DNA of 63,207 bases, filler included, from Globobulimina sp. (GCA_003354225.1; 23 parts of 23 records of this genome joined end to end with filler, not necessarily neighbours in it); one strand, 5' to 3'. Positions 22,033 to 35,795 are shown, counted from the whole stretch's first letter. Notes: a model not told the origin generated them from the letters alone. Made by a program: numbers and translations.

Positions 22033-23655
22033 GACGTAATCATTTGCAACAAGGTGATTATATGGTATTACAACAACAGCCAAATCGTGCTCAAGTTTGG
22101 GGATTTTCAACATCTAATGACACGATTACAATTACATTACAATACCAATCCAACGCATCAATCATTGAGACAGTTACAGCACAAACGAACGCAACAAATT
22201 CTGTTTGGAAAGGTTACTTTTCACCACAACCAGCACAGAATAATATAGAATATATTGTAACAGCAACGTCAAAAACATATTCTACAAAAATCGCATTATC
22301 TCACATATTATTTGGAGACGTGTTCATTTGCTCCGGACAGTCCAATATGGTTTTCACTGTTTATAATTCTTTCAACGCAACTCAAGAATGCCAGGCAGCA
22401 AATAACTATCCCAACATAAGAGTATATACAGTGGCGCCAGGGAGCAGTGCTCAGCTTGAATTGGAGGCAAATGTGCGCGAACCATGGAGCATTAGCAACT
22501 CGTCATCAATTTGTAATGGCAGTGCTGATTTTTCTGCAGTTTGCTGGTTTTACGCTCGTGATTTGTATCCGTATTTAAATTATCCGCTTGGTTTAGTTGC
22601 AACCAGTAATGGGGGCACACCTATAAGAGCATGGATGAGCGCTGAAGCGAGAGCAGTTTGCAACGAATCAACGGCCAATTGTCCCGTCGCGGACATGACA
22701 GAAGATGCAGAATATACAGAATTTACACTTGGCGATGTACCAGATTCGGGCTTATGGAATGCTATGATTTATCCATTTACGCAGAGTACCATTAAAGGAG
22801 CTTTATGGTATCAAGGCGAGAGAGACTCAAAGGAGCCATTTTGTGCTGCACAATATCACTGCGCTATACCTGCAATGATAAATAGTTGGAGAGAATGTTG
22901 GCATTTACGGTGTGTTAATCTGAACATATTTATAATCTCAACATGTATATGTATGGCACATTAGGAGTGATACAGATGCTGTATTCCCTTTTGGCTACGT
23001 TCAAATATCGACATGGAACTGTTACTCACAAAATGAAACCTGTTCGAGTCCGACGCAGAATAATAACCAAAGTTGTTATGATGTTGGTATTGTGCGGTGG
23101 GGACAGTCTGCCAACTTTGGGTTTGTTCCCAATAAGTTGCTGCTAAATACATTTGTGGCTGGTACCATTGATTTAGGCGACCCTGCGAGTCCTTGGGGCC
23201 AGGAAGGCATTCATCCGAGGTATAAACAGGAAGTTGGCAAAAGATTATCTGATGCGGCAAAGAATGTTATTTATGGTGAGAGTGAGCTATATTTCCAAGG
23301 ACCTGTTGTTGATAAATTTACATTGGATGAACATGATAGAATACATAAAGCAGCGATTATAACGTTTAGGAATGTGGGTGAGATGGGAATGGAGATAAGA
23401 CATTTTGAAGGGTTTGAGTTTTATTCTGTGGGTGAATGGATTACAATGAATGATACAACATTTACAACGGATGGAAATGAGATTGTAATAGAATTAAAAG
23501 ATATGGACAGTTCCGTGTTTAGCAATATTGAGATGGTAAGATATGAATGGTTTCATTGTCCTTGTTTTGCGCAACTTGGACCCTTTAACTGTCCTATATA
23601 TGATAAGCAATTCCAACTGCCTGCTTTGCCATTTATTATTAACGTAACTAACTAA
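22033..23655 (+). CDS. Sialate O-acetylesterase (SASA/SGNH family), 5' partial
   Basis: LFGDVFICSGQSNM, FSAVCWFY, GGTPIRAW, IKGALWYQGE and D.......IHPRYKQEVGKRL. Intron at about 22910-22964. Confidence 0.9.
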
Positions 23656-23804
23656 CACATAAACTATGATAATATGTATAATATGTATAATTTTATATAA
23701 TCATATGGCATAAACTATAAATGTTGCATTGTTAAATAAAAATTGACATTGATCAAGATTTTTTATCTTTAAATTTAAAAACTGTTATACACAGATCATA
23801 TTTC

Positions 23805-24440
23805 ATGGCGAGTGATAATCACAACTTATTGATATCATCTTTCCTGCAGCTGGAAGATGACAGTTATTTCACATCCATGAGTGGTCAACAAATGTCAAAT
23901 TATGAAACAATTCCTTTTCAAAAAAATACGAGCTCCGAATGGCTGGGAGAAAAATATGTAGCACCATCAATAAAATATGGATCTGTGTTTATAATATCGG
24001 TTATATGCATTTCGGAAATTATTATGTTATGTCTTTATTTTGATGGAAGTGAACCTCAATCATCACAAACATGTTTATTGCAAACGGAATTTACCTATTT
24101 TATTTTAGCGAAGTTATTTTTTACAGTTGTAGCTATTTCTTGGTTTGCTGCTACAAAATTGCTGGAATGTAGCAAGTCAATAATTTTATTTTCAATCGCT
24201 ATCATTATTTTGCTAATGCTGCTGATATGGTCCATTGCATTATCATTTGAAATATTTGATTATAGCGGTAAGGACACAGTCCGTTATATGGAAAATAAAT
24301 GTAATCCATTGGTTAATTTTATGATATTTGAAGAAGTATCGATTTACTTCGCAGTAATAATATTCATATTTATTGGGTGTTGCCAATTTTTTTCCCTTCA
24401 TCACATGTTTTATAGCAGTACTTACAATATGTATGGCTAA
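23805..24440 (+). CDS. Four-TM membrane protein, unknown
   Basis: 211-aa ORF with four hydrophobic segments. Confidence 0.55.
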   Translation: MASDNHNLLISSFLQLEDDSYFTSMSGQQMSNYETIPFQKNTSSEWLGEKYVAPSIKYGSVFIISVICISEIIMLCLYFDGSEPQSSQTCLLQTEFTYFILAKLFFTVVAISWFAATKLLECSKSIILFSIAIIILLMLLIWSIALSFEIFDYSGKDTVRYMENKCNPLVNFMIFEEVSIYFAVIIFIFIGCCQFFSLHHMFYSSTYNMYG

Positions 24441-25016
24441 TGATAGCCAAATAATCCTTATATATAAATTGTTTGTGCACAGTTCAGAGTCGACCTATTT
24501 AATTTAAGTGTTGATACTTCATATCAGATTTATTCGCGTTTAATTTGGCTTTTCGATCTCAGGTTTAAATCCATTATATTTCCGGTTGTACTCTGTTTTT
24601 GTTCAAAGACATTATGCCATAAATGTTTTTTTAACTTAACTGTGAAAATACATATTTAACACGCTCAGTAAAATGATGGTTGAAGNNNNNNNNNNNNNNN
24701 NNNNNNNNNNNNNNNNNNNNNNNNNNNNNTTAATTAATTAANNNNNNNNNNNNNNNNNNNNNNNNNNNNNNNNNNNNNNNNNNNNTTTTTAGATGCTATG
24801 TATTTGTTGTCACCATATTCCTGGTGCGCAAGGATAAATATAGCAACGAGTGTTGCTAATTTGTTATTTTTGATTATATTTTGTTGCATAACTTCAGATA
24901 TGGTTTATTCCTCTTCCTTTTCTTCTTTTTCGTCTTGATTTTCAACTTTTTTATCGTCTTTAGCATCTGCGTTTTGCAAAAACCTACGTTTTGTTTTCAA
25001 CACATTTCTCGATATT

Positions 25017-26203
25017 ATGGCATATTATAGGTCAGTTAAAAAAACCTCTTCAGTTGGAATCATGTCAACGTTACACAAATTCAAATATTGCGGTGAACTG
25101 ACAGCCAAAACTGTTGGTTCTATATTACCATTAGGACATCCACTAAAAATGGTTCCATCCACCTCTGGCTTTGTATACGGACCATGGGCAGATATACAGA
25201 AAATGAATCATTTCGCATCTTATTATGAGACACAACCAAATGATTTATTCATTGGTGGTTATCCTAAAGCAGGCAATCATTTGCTATCTCAGTTAATCGC
25301 ACATATCATTAAAGAATCCGATAAAGAGCAGTGTCATGAGTTATATCGCGAGGCAGATCTCGGACAGAGAGCCTTTCCTTTTATAGATATTTCAGTGAGT
25401 GGCTTGACTGAACAAGAGATGCAAGAACGGAGAGACGCAACAGCAGATATAATAAGTATTTGGTGGCATCATTTAAGTGTTGATACATTGCCATTTAAAT
25501 CCATCAATCCACAAACAAAATTCATTCAAATTATACGCAGTTATGTAAATATATATATATGTCATATCTCTATGTACGCAGTTTGTATACACTTATAAAT
25601 TATAAATTATATATTTATACAGACCCAAAGGATGTATTTATATCCGGCTATCTTTTTTGGGAAAAAGCTTCGAATAATTTTGGATTTGAAGAACAATGCC
25701 AAAATGAGTTGAATTTGGAAGATATGTTTTCTTATTTTATGCGGGGGATTGGAGTCTGTGGCTCTTATTTTGATTATTATGAGCAATGGTGGATGGCACA
25801 GAAGAATGAGGGTTGCACAAAATGGGGGTATGGCAATATGAATATTTTATGGATATACTATGAGGATATTATAAATGATAAAAGAAAGGAGATTGAGAGA
25901 ATTGCAGAGTTCATTGGAAAGAATAATTTGGATGAAAGGGATTATGAGAAAATTATTGAGAATACAGGTATTGCGAAGATAAGAGATGATACGAATAACA
26001 ATCCACAAACATTTGAGCGTTCTGCAGATGTATTATTCCGAAAAGGAAAGAATGATGAATGGAGGGAATATTTATCTGAGAAACAATCACAGATAATGGA
26101 CGAAACTATGTTTATAAAATGGGCAAAAAATGCAAATGATATTAAATATTATCAACCATTATTTGAGGAATTTAAACAATGTAATATCGGTTATTTTCAA
26201 TGA
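25017..26203 (+). CDS. Cytosolic-type sulfotransferase
   Basis: 5'-PSB motif YPKAGNH. Removing the intron at 25540-25622 restores IIRNPKDVFISGY. Also YEDI and FRKG..DEW. Confidence 0.9.
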
Positions 26204-26306
26204 GTGTATTGTTGGAAAAAATTATATTAATTTTTAACTTTGTTGTATACTATTATACTAATTTAAATTGTACATATATTTCCATAGTAAACCGCTAATA
26301 GTTAAA

Positions 26307-26996
26307 TCAAAGAAAATGTTTTCCACACAGATTCACAAAGTGTATCAAATGCAGCTTGAGCATTTGAAAAAATTTCTCCTTCTCATTACGTGAACATTTC
26401 ATGGATGCAAACTTCTTTCGAGTATGAAATAATGTTACAAACCACACCTCTTTTTCATCAAAATGTGTGACTAATAAATATTCATCGTATCTCCTTTCAG
26501 CAATCAAACATTTAACTTCATTTGAAAGCATTGCGTATTTGCCAATAGTGACAACAATATGCTTTGGAAATGTTTCCATTTTATTCTTATTATTTTGAAA
26601 CAATAAACACCAATAAACTGCAATCTTAATCTTATCATATTCCATTTTTTTAGCAATATTTGTTTGCAGTAGTGATGTTATAATAAACTTTTTCCCATAA
26701 AATCTCATTTCAAAATGCGGTAAACCGTTAACGTTACAATTATCTTCATCTTCCTTATTTGTATTGATATTATCTGTTTTGATAAACTTTAAACCAGATT
26801 TAAAATCGAGTAACTGTTGATTTTCATTTACTTGATTGTTTCCATCCATCCATGCAGTCGCTACATCTCCAACTGAGGTTTGTCCCAATGTTTGATAATT
26901 TACACTTGAAATAATAGTTACTTTCTCAAACCCGCACATTTTGCTATAATCTACCATCTTTTGCCAGTCAATCACTTTCTGTTCTCCAACATTCAT
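26307..26996 (-). CDS. Possible divergent profilin-like protein
   Basis: The N-terminal WQKMVD...KVTII motif resembles profilin helix 1; the rest is not confidently recognised. Confidence 0.35.
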   Translation of the reverse strand: MNVGEQKVIDWQKMVDYSKMCGFEKVTIISSVNYQTLGQTSVGDVATAWMDGNNQVNENQQLLDFKSGLKFIKTDNINTNKEDEDNCNVNGLPHFEMRFYGKKFIITSLLQTNIAKKMEYDKIKIAVYWCLLFQNNKNKMETFPKHIVVTIGKYAMLSNEVKCLIAERRYDEYLLVTHFDEKEVWFVTLFHTRKKFASMKCSRNEKEKFFQMLKLHLIHFVNLCGKHFL

Positions 26997-27040
26997 TTGA
27001 ATACTTTAAAGTTTTTAAAGAGCTTGGAAATCTACTCACA

Positions 27041-27438
27041 ATGTCAACACAAGTAAATCAATTGGATGAAGACGACGGATTGGATGCAACCACAGACTAC
27101 ACTGAAGAATACGAAAGATACCTCTCAAACTTAGAAAATTCATACGACATTTGCATATCAATCGATTTTATCGCCGACCGATTGGTACTCGCACAAAAAT
27201 CAATAAAAAGCAACTTTGAGGATAATATAATAGACAGCGCCCATTGTTACCATTTATTATCCACCGTATTGCCCAAATCAGTGGAATTTCTTTGTAAAAC
27301 CGATTTAAATAATTTATACGACCAAGACATAATCCAATACCAAAAAATAAACTGTCAAACCTATACGACCAACTCCAATGAATGCAGAGAGTTTTTAGTG
27401 AACAAAATCGAGGAATATTTCGAATTTGTGCTCCAATT
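27041..27438 (+). CDS. Hypothetical protein, 3' partial
   Basis: ATG-started ORF open to the contig end. Confidence 0.45.
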
Positions 27439-27539
27439 NNNNNNNNNNNNNNNNNNNNNNNNNNNNNNNNNNNNNNNNNNNNTTAATTAATTAANNNNNN
27501 NNNNNNNNNNNNNNNNNNNNNNNNNNNNNNNNNNNNNNG

Positions 27540-29181
27540 CGCGAAATCCAAATCCTTAAAAAATTAAAATCACCCTTTATTGTGGAGCTATGCGACTTAT
27601 TCGAGACTCGTAAATATTTATACATCGTAATGGAAATGTGCAAAGGCGGCGAATTATTTGATCAGATCGCCAATATGGACTATTCCAACGGCGATAGGTA
27701 CACTGAGAAGGATATCATTGGCATTATGCATCAGTTAGCGTCGGGCGTACAGTATATGCATAAAATGGGAATTGTTCATCGAGATTTAAAGGTTTTTTTA
27801 TGTTTTTTTGAGTTTGGAATATTTAATATATCTTTTTTCACGTTTTATAAAGCCGGAGAATATACTTTGTGTGGAAGCAAACAGCATTAAAAAAATCAAA
27901 ATTGCAGACTTTGGGATATCTGCAATAATCGATCCGAATCGAATGCATTCCGCTCATCGGGCGAGTCCAAGGAAGCATTTGCCGCAAATATCTGCGTCGA
28001 TATCGCAGTCGCAACAAAATCAGAACATACATAATGTGATGAATACGCGAGTTGGTACTTTGAGTTATATCGCGCCGGAAGTGCTAAAGTGCAGACCTTA
28101 TGATGAAAGAGTGGATTATTGGTCGTTGGGAGTGATTATGTATATTTTAGGTATGATATTAATGCCAAATATAAATTAAATCATTAATAATATCTATATT
28201 TTGTATGTACAGTTTGTGGATATCCCCCGTTTGAAGGTGAGAAAGAATATGATTTATGTGAAGAGATTATAGCTGAACCAGTCGAATTTGACCAAGAGGA
28301 TTGGTGTCATGTTGGGTATGGATGCATGTTTTATTTATTTTTTGTTTATTAAATAAATATTAATGTATTTGCACAGTAAAAATACGCGAGATTTAATTAA
28401 CAGATTATTAGCTAAAAAGCCTCGGCGTAGAGCCAATTGCCAAGACATAATTGAACATTCATGGAAAATTGATGTGAAAAATACAGGTTTTTTGAAAGCT
28501 CATAACAACTTTAAACTGACTGTATTTCGACGCAAAATAGGAACGCGAAGCAGAGCAAATACTTTCATGTTTGATGAGAATGAAAATGTAAAAAATCCAA
28601 AGCAAAATATGAAGAAAAAAATTAAAGAAAGAATGGAAAAGTTACAACTTTCAAATGTCAGTTCTTTGGATGACTCAGCATTGAAATTTCAACGGATGGA
28701 TAGTAATAAAAGTGCGAGTAAATTAGCAATTGGTATTTCACAATTTGAGTCTGAGCAAAAAGAGCATCGAATTGAAGCCTGGACAGTGGGCCATAATACA
28801 CTGAAAAGTAAAGGTGTGGAATGTTTGTGTTTGCAACAAACAGATTCAAATCGTTCACACTTTGATGGATTTGTTATGGATGATCCTATGGAGGAATTAG
28901 GTGATTTTCCTGCATTGGATTTATTTTCAGATTCAAATAAAACAAATACAAATACTTACAACTATGATTTTTTCACTTCATCAACACCGACGGCGACATC
29001 GCCGACTTTGAGTGGAACCGTACAATTTTATGAACAGGTTTTGATGGAAAATTTTACAAATAAAAGGCAGTCCGCTTCAGAGTTTAAAAGAAGTGGTAAA
29101 AAAGCAAAAAAGAAAAGTAAACGGAAATATAAACAAAATAGCAATAATTTGCACGTTTTGACATTACATGATTTTTTATAA
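27540..29181 (+). CDS. CAMK-group Ser/Thr protein kinase, 5' partial
   Basis: MEMCKGGELFD, HRDLK|PEN (intron 27792-27852), IADFG, GTLSYIAPE, DYWSLGVIMYIL|CGYPPF. Further introns at about 28150-28212 and 28315-28376. Confidence 0.92.
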
Positions 29182-29586
29182 TGTTTCTTTTTTGTTTATC
29201 TACAATTTGTGTCAGTAATTGTGTAACGACGTACTATCTATTTTTATTTGTAGCATTCATATTGTTATTGTTATTATTATTAATTTGGTTGTGTTGAATT
29301 GTTTTAATACGTATTTCACATAAAACATAGTTATTGAAAAGACCGTTTCTGAAATCTGTTTTAAAAGTAGTTTGTGAAAACGTTCGTTTCTGAATATTTA
29401 GAGCTGGAATTGGCACCGAATGATAGTGAGTCAGACGGAAGGAATGTAATGGAAAATATACATCTGTCGATTTTGTTGCATTAAAAGTAAACGTAGCGCA
29501 AATTGAAAAAATATTTAATTATATATTAAATTTATAAATCTATGGATTTAATATCTTGTATGAATATTAAATCTATTAAATTCATA

Positions 29587-30191
29587 TTAAATGTTATTAT
29601 TTTCATTGAGATGTTGAACAACATTAATCAACATTTGCTGTAAATCATTAATTTGATTCTGCATATTTTGTATATTTTGTACGTTCTGATTATTATTTGC
29701 ATTATTTGGGATGTTATTTGGTTGTGGTGGTTGTGGTGGCTGTGGTGGTTGTGGCTGTTGTACATTTTGAATTTGTTGAATGATTTTATTCTGTTGATGT
29801 GATACTTTATTGTCGATTATCATTCCATTCATCCGAATTAACGATCTTTTTCGATTTGTAACATCACGTAATTTATCTTGAACTCTTTTAATCTCTCTTC
29901 CATTTTTTTGTATTCCTCTTGAAGCAGAACTTGTTATTTTAGTCATTGTTTGTGCCATAATTAAATTCGATAAATTGTTGCTCGCAGAAAATGAATTGAT
30001 AACATTTTGATATGGTGATATCACAGCATTTGTGGTTAAAGACATATTGTTAATTTGTTGAATCTGTTGGTTTAACTCATTTATTTGTTCATCAATTAGT
30101 CCAATCTGAGAATCATAATAAATACACCATACACTATATGTATGATTCTTTAATGTTGAAGCAAACTGACTGTCGTCACTGCTGCTTTGTA
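29587..30191 (-). CDS. Gln/Asn-rich coiled-coil protein fragment
   Basis: Low-complexity Q/N/P ORF, open towards the contig end. Confidence 0.4.
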
Positions 30192-30292
30192 NNNNNNNNN
30201 NNNNNNNNNNNNNNNNNNNNNNNNNNNNNNNNNNNTTAATTAATTAANNNNNNNNNNNNNNNNNNNNNNNNNNNNNNNNNNNNNNNNNNNNC

Positions 30293-32943
30293 CATTGAAC
30301 AGAGTGAGACTACGCGTACCCCCAATGAATTGCAACTACCAAATCCCAATTTCAATTACCCCATTTTCGATATCTGTACATCCAAATCATTGCCGGGGCC
30401 GACATTAATACCCTTGTCGACTCCCAGCATGCTTTCCGAATCCATAGACGGTGACTTATCCGATGAAGAATATAAACAAAAACAAGATGAGAAACACCCG
30501 AAAATATACCGGCAACATACTTTTACGCCTTCACCTTCTTATTTTGAACAGGATACAGTGGAGAATACGTCCTCTGAAGTGGTGGTCGACGGACAAGAGA
30601 TAATATCCATTGTAGACCGTGTATTATTAAGTAATTTCAGTTTAAATCATAGCAGTTCTTTAATACATGAACACTTAACGGATTATACCCAAACCCCGTC
30701 CAAACCCGACCCATTACCGGAAGTCAGAGATGCGCCGCCGGACAAAACCTGGGTCGAACCTACGGTATTCCGGAAATACCAATACTACCATGCTCATATG
30801 AACGGTGCCAAACAAACCCTATTATCCCTGCATAGGAAGAACATTCCTTATAAACAGAGAATAGACGCTTCTTTCTGTGAATTTACAGTCACACATCAAG
30901 TGATTGTCCCATCGCAACAAACTGATCCAGATAATATCAGCGGTGTGTCTGGCATTGGTCCTTTAATGTCTGCCACATCCATCGTGTCACAAACCTCACA
31001 TAATACGAACAAAATGTATGTAAATCATAGTTATGCGTTTTCCAAAACATTTACTGGTCTATGCATGCATGGCAATGTATTACACGAAGATAACTCAGAC
31101 TTCACATCCAACCAATCGGGTGTTTTAAATTGGTTATTTGGATCAGGCAAAGCTGTGGTCTCTCCCAAGTCCAATAACGAAGCAAATAATAAAAGTAAAC
31201 CCGAATTGAATGTCAATATTAATTTGTTGCGCAATCATTTTATGCGCGCTTTTGCTTCGCTATTATGTGGTTTTTGGAAGGTATGAAAACGTTTAATGTA
31301 CCGAACAATTTAAATTATCATCATCTCCCCAACAATACACAGTATATCGTACCAGTCAAATATTCGACCACTACCAATGTGCAATTTGACTCTCATGGTT
31401 TCCTAGGTAGCAGACAAGAATTTAATTACAATAAACAGCCGTTGGAAGAGCTATTATTAGCCTGCGATGAGCGACAAAAGGACGAGATTGAAAATATTAT
31501 CCTGCGCTTACAATTGCAGTTTGATATCTTTTTTGTGCACGAACTATTCATTCCACCCAATCCGAAATTTAACCAATTGTACATGCAAACTTTTTACAAT
31601 ATAAACAACAATGATTTGATATTAACGCCGCGTGCCATTGCAAAATTTTATTTGACGCAAGTGTACCAAGACGCGGCGGACAGCAAAGTCGACATCTTTT
31701 TAGATGAATACCTGCCGTCCATCATCGATTCGGCCACCATCATTGCGGACAATTTCGAGAAAATAAACGAGCACAACAACGAGTCCATGATGAACCGGAG
31801 CATGAATGACGAGATCAGTGCACAGTCCAATGTTTTATTTGCATTTGAAGAGAAACACAGTGAATATACGTATAGCAATGCCGGCGTACATTCGAATAGC
31901 AATGAATATGAAGCGTGTGTACCAGCGGCCAGAGACGAATTATCCTCCTTGATATTATCACAGTTTTTAGATGGTTTATTATCCACCTTATTATGGACGC
32001 ATTTAATCACTCATTGGCACTATAACGATAACTTAAATTACAACAGTATTATACACCCGTTTCAATCCATAAATAAGTCATTGGTGTTACCCACCGATAT
32101 ATACTTCAATTATATTGACATCGCCTTACGTGCGTACAAAATCGACAGGGAAAAGTTGCGAGCATTACGCTGCAACATACTGCTGTCAATGAGCAAAACC
32201 AGCGAACGCAACCCCATCATGTTCAAACACACGCAATACAAACACAACAAATCCAAGAAGTCCATCGTCGTCATCCGCAAACCCAAAGAGAAAAAAGACG
32301 AATTACACTGCGGATTCAGCAAACCGTGGAACATCCGTTTTTGCCGCGACACCGCCGAATCTGTGCAGGATTTACAGAATATTTTCCGCGAAAACGTGCA
32401 CATGATCGTGGTCAATGTGTCATGGAACTATAGAATCGGAGCTGTCATCGGCTACCAACAATCCAAGTTATTGTTTGAGTCTTGGTTCGCTTCCTTCATC
32501 CGCAGATTGAAGGAATTGTCCTTAAACGAGCCAGCTTTGCATGAATATAAACACCTCCGTACCTCCTATGACTGTGAGGAAACTATCAACATATTATCCG
32601 ACAATATCGGTATTCAAATATTCGTCCGCGATCCCCGCTCGTTGAAAGCAGTGGTTTCTACCTTAAAACGCAGGAAAGAGCGGCACGATTTGGGCGGCTT
32701 ATCCCCTGCACGCATCTGGATCTCTGCCAATATGTTGAATGCCACACAGCCTTCGGCCATCGCCAAGGAACTGATCATATCACCCGCGAAATTCTTCAAT
32801 TACGTAGACTTGATCCCGGAATTCACGATCTGTTTGGCGTGGTGTACGCGCGGCGGCGGCATCTTCACCAAAAAGCACATGGACGATATGAAGAAGATTG
32901 TGGACCAATTCATCTTCAAGAAGTCTCAATGCAAGCTTGCTAC
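30293..32943 (+). CDS. Large protein with a possible dDENN-like segment and a C-terminal FAM151/menorin-like (PLC-type TIM-barrel) domain; both ends partial
   Basis: A phase-0 intron at 31281-31342 joins the two ORFs (LRNHFMRAFASLLCGFWK|YIVP...FDSHGFL). The C-terminal HMIVVNV, GIQIFV, RIWISANML and FTICLAWCT parallel FAM151 HMIEADV, GIKLDF, PVWINADIL and TFSLGWTT. Confidence 0.6.
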
Positions 32944-33082
32944 NNNNNNNNNNNNNNNNNNNNNNNNNNNNNNNNNNNNNNNNNNNNTTAATTAATTAAN
33001 NNNNNNNNNNNNNNNNNNNNNNNNNNNNNNNNNNNNNNNNNNNTGATCATTCATAATATATATATATACCTGCATTGTGTAT

Positions 33083-33936
33083 AGATATAATAATGATTCT
33101 GGGTATCATTGGTATTGGCAGAATGATAAGAAATCATATCAACCATTTTCTGACAATGATTCATGTATTTTGGATCAATTAAACATTGGAAATGTTCATG
33201 AAATGTACATAGGGAGCAGGAAATATGAAATTACAAAAATATCACAGAATATATGCAAACAGAAAAACACAAAGACAGACTATGAAAGAAATGTCATTCG
33301 AAAAGCAAAAGGCGATGATAATAAGTTATGTCATCTATTATTTTTATTTTTATCTTTGTGATCTATTATAATAAGTTATGTGATCTTTGTGGCTACAGAG
33401 ATGAATCTAAAAATGAGGATTATATTAATAAAGTGAATGAATTATTCTTTGCATCATTATCCAAGTCAAAATATAAAATTATTGACGTAAAAGATATCAC
33501 AAAAAGCGACAATGCTAATATTTATGAGAAAATAGTACAGGAAAAATGTAAAAACGGTAGAAAAAGAGATGAAATCGAGAGATATTTATGGCATGGCACT
33601 AAAAAGTTAGATAATTTAAAATTGATTTGCCAGAATGGATTTGATCGATCATATAATACGACATCTCTCTATGGAAAAGGCACTTATTTTGCTCGCGATT
33701 CAAAGTATTCCGTGAATGGTTATTGTGGGAAGGATGGTAATGGTATTTATTCCATATTGTTATGTAAGGTGATTGTCGGGGCGTACACTGTCGGCAAACG
33801 GTCAATGAAAACCATTCCAAGAAAGAAAGATGGATCGGAGTACGAGACATTGGTCAACAATATAAAAGACCCATCGATATTTGTTGTATGGAGAGATTAT
33901 CATTCTATCCCTTGTTATTTGGTAAAGTACAAATAA
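33083..33936 (+). CDS. WWE domain plus PARP catalytic domain (mono-ART, PARP7/11/12/14-like), 5' partial
   Basis: WYWQND...YQPF...IE-like WWE, then LWHGT, GFDRS...YGKGTYFARDSKYS, LCKVIVG.YT.G, PSIFVV and PCYLVKY. Intron at about 33325-33398. Confidence 0.9.
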
Positions 33937-34133
33937 AATACACCATATTTCACCATATTTTTCTACAAATATTTCACCATATTACACCATATTGTTATTT
34001 GGTAAAGTACAAATAAAATGTTTTACTTTATTAAAACACCATATTTCTATTTACTGTGTGATTGTTGATTTTAATTTCACTTTAAAGTTAAGAAGTGAGA
34101 AGAAACTCTTTTCTAAGTCCGTCTCCTTTCGCA

Positions 34134-35687
34134 ATGTCGATGTCCAGTTCCGTAAACAGAGGCCACAATGATCTAATTAGTTACCCTCTGTTGACTAGAA
34201 AAACAAATGCAAATAATCCATTTGTAATGTTTGACGAATCCCAGCTACCAAATTACACAAACCCAATGAACCAGAAACAAATAATGAAGCCTCATGCAAC
34301 GAATATCCTCATCGATGATAAACAAATGACAGACAATGAGCCATATGCATCCACAGCCTCATCCATATCGACTGCATTCAACATAACCAAAGGTATAATG
34401 GGCGTAAGTTTACTAACTTTGCCGTGGTGCCTCTCAAACATTGGTTTATTGCCAGCCTTTATATTGATACTAATCTCCTTCACATTGTCCTACATTTGTT
34501 GGATTTTACTATGTTTACTATGTTCGCAATACAATGTATATACGTACCGCGATATTGGCTTAATTATATTTGGCCACAATTTTGCAATTGCATTGGATAT
34601 AATATTGCTGATATTTTTATATTTGGTATGCATTCTTTACGTCGTATTTTTAAGTGAATTTATTGTGGACGGTTTAGCGGAATTTAACATCACTATCAAT
34701 GCAAGCATTTCCTTCAATAATTTAGCAAATATCACTTCCTTTCACGGCTTTATTGTCACCAAATTTGGTATTATTACAATTGCAATGTTTGCCATCTTAT
34801 TTCCGTTATCATTGATAGAACAGTTAGATTCTTTGAAATATTCTTCTTTCCTGGGCATAATCGGTTGTTTTTATACCATTGGTCTGGTGGTCTTTACTTA
34901 TTTTGATGCCGATGCTGATATGAATGCATCTGTACAGTTAGTTAATTATCATCATACTGATGAGCAGGAAAACAAATTTGTGTGGTTTTGGTTGTCTTCG
35001 TTCAGTGTATTTGTGGCCTGTTTCAACACTCATTATAATTGTCCTGCGTTGTATGGCGAATTAAGGAATAAAACGGCAAAGAAATTCATAAATATATCCT
35101 CGATTTCATTCATTTTGGTGTTATGTCTGAATTTTGCGATTGGAATATGCGGATATTTTACGTTTGGTGCGCAAAGTGCAGAAAATATTTTAGATACTTT
35201 GAATAATGGTTTAGTGGTTGGCATTGCTCGCTTAATTATGACATTAACCATCATTGGAACCTATCCATTGTTGTATTGGAATATAAAGATATCGATCAAT
35301 AATCTCCTTTTATACAAAAATGTGACAAGAGTTGTGAATGGAAATGAGATGAAGATTGAAAAAATAGCCAGGAAATATACCTGTTTATGTTCAAAATTGT
35401 TTATTAATTTGATTATAACTGCAACAATTTGGGTGACTGCGATAATTGCATTCGATGTAGCGGTGATGATAACTTTTATGCAATCGTTGCTAGGAAATGC
35501 CATTGTTTTTATATTTCCCGCGATATTTTATTTACAAATGCTAAAAAATGAGAAAAGTGATAAAGAAAACATTACGAAAATATTTTTAATCACAATTTTA
35601 TGTTATATTCTTGTCATATTTGGATTATTTTGTGTGTTGGGCGGTTGTATTGCTTCCATTATGTTTTGGATTGGTTATATACAATGA
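34134..35687 (+). CDS. Amino acid transporter (AAAP/SLC38-like)
   Basis: AFNITKGIMGVSLLTLPW, LFPLSL...LDSLKYSS, FNTHYN.PALYGEL and GICGYFTFG; about 11 TMs. Confidence 0.92.
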   Translation: MSMSSSVNRGHNDLISYPLLTRKTNANNPFVMFDESQLPNYTNPMNQKQIMKPHATNILIDDKQMTDNEPYASTASSISTAFNITKGIMGVSLLTLPWCLSNIGLLPAFILILISFTLSYICWILLCLLCSQYNVYTYRDIGLIIFGHNFAIALDIILLIFLYLVCILYVVFLSEFIVDGLAEFNITINASISFNNLANITSFHGFIVTKFGIITIAMFAILFPLSLIEQLDSLKYSSFLGIIGCFYTIGLVVFTYFDADADMNASVQLVNYHHTDEQENKFVWFWLSSFSVFVACFNTHYNCPALYGELRNKTAKKFINISSISFILVLCLNFAIGICGYFTFGAQSAENILDTLNNGLVVGIARLIMTLTIIGTYPLLYWNIKISINNLLLYKNVTRVVNGNEMKIEKIARKYTCLCSKLFINLIITATIWVTAIIAFDVAVMITFMQSLLGNAIVFIFPAIFYLQMLKNEKSDKENITKIFLITILCYILVIFGLFCVLGGCIASIMFWIGYIQ

Positions 35688-35795
35688 ATGACATANNNNN
35701 NNNNNNNNNNNNNNNNNNNNNNNNNNNNNNNNNNNNNNNTTAATTAATTAANNNNNNNNNNNNNNNNNNNNNNNNNNNNNNNNNNNNNNNNNNNN

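Noticed and set aside
31265-31286. Programmed frameshift between overlapping ORFs (also 25559, 27808, 33328, 41957)
   Set aside because: Each is explained by a GT-AG intron that restores the frame.
33911-34045. Short duplications (TTGTTATTTGGTAAAGTACAAATAAAAT twice; CACCATATT repeats) after the PARP stop
   Set aside because: Small local slippage duplications in an intergenic region, with no sign of a mobile element.
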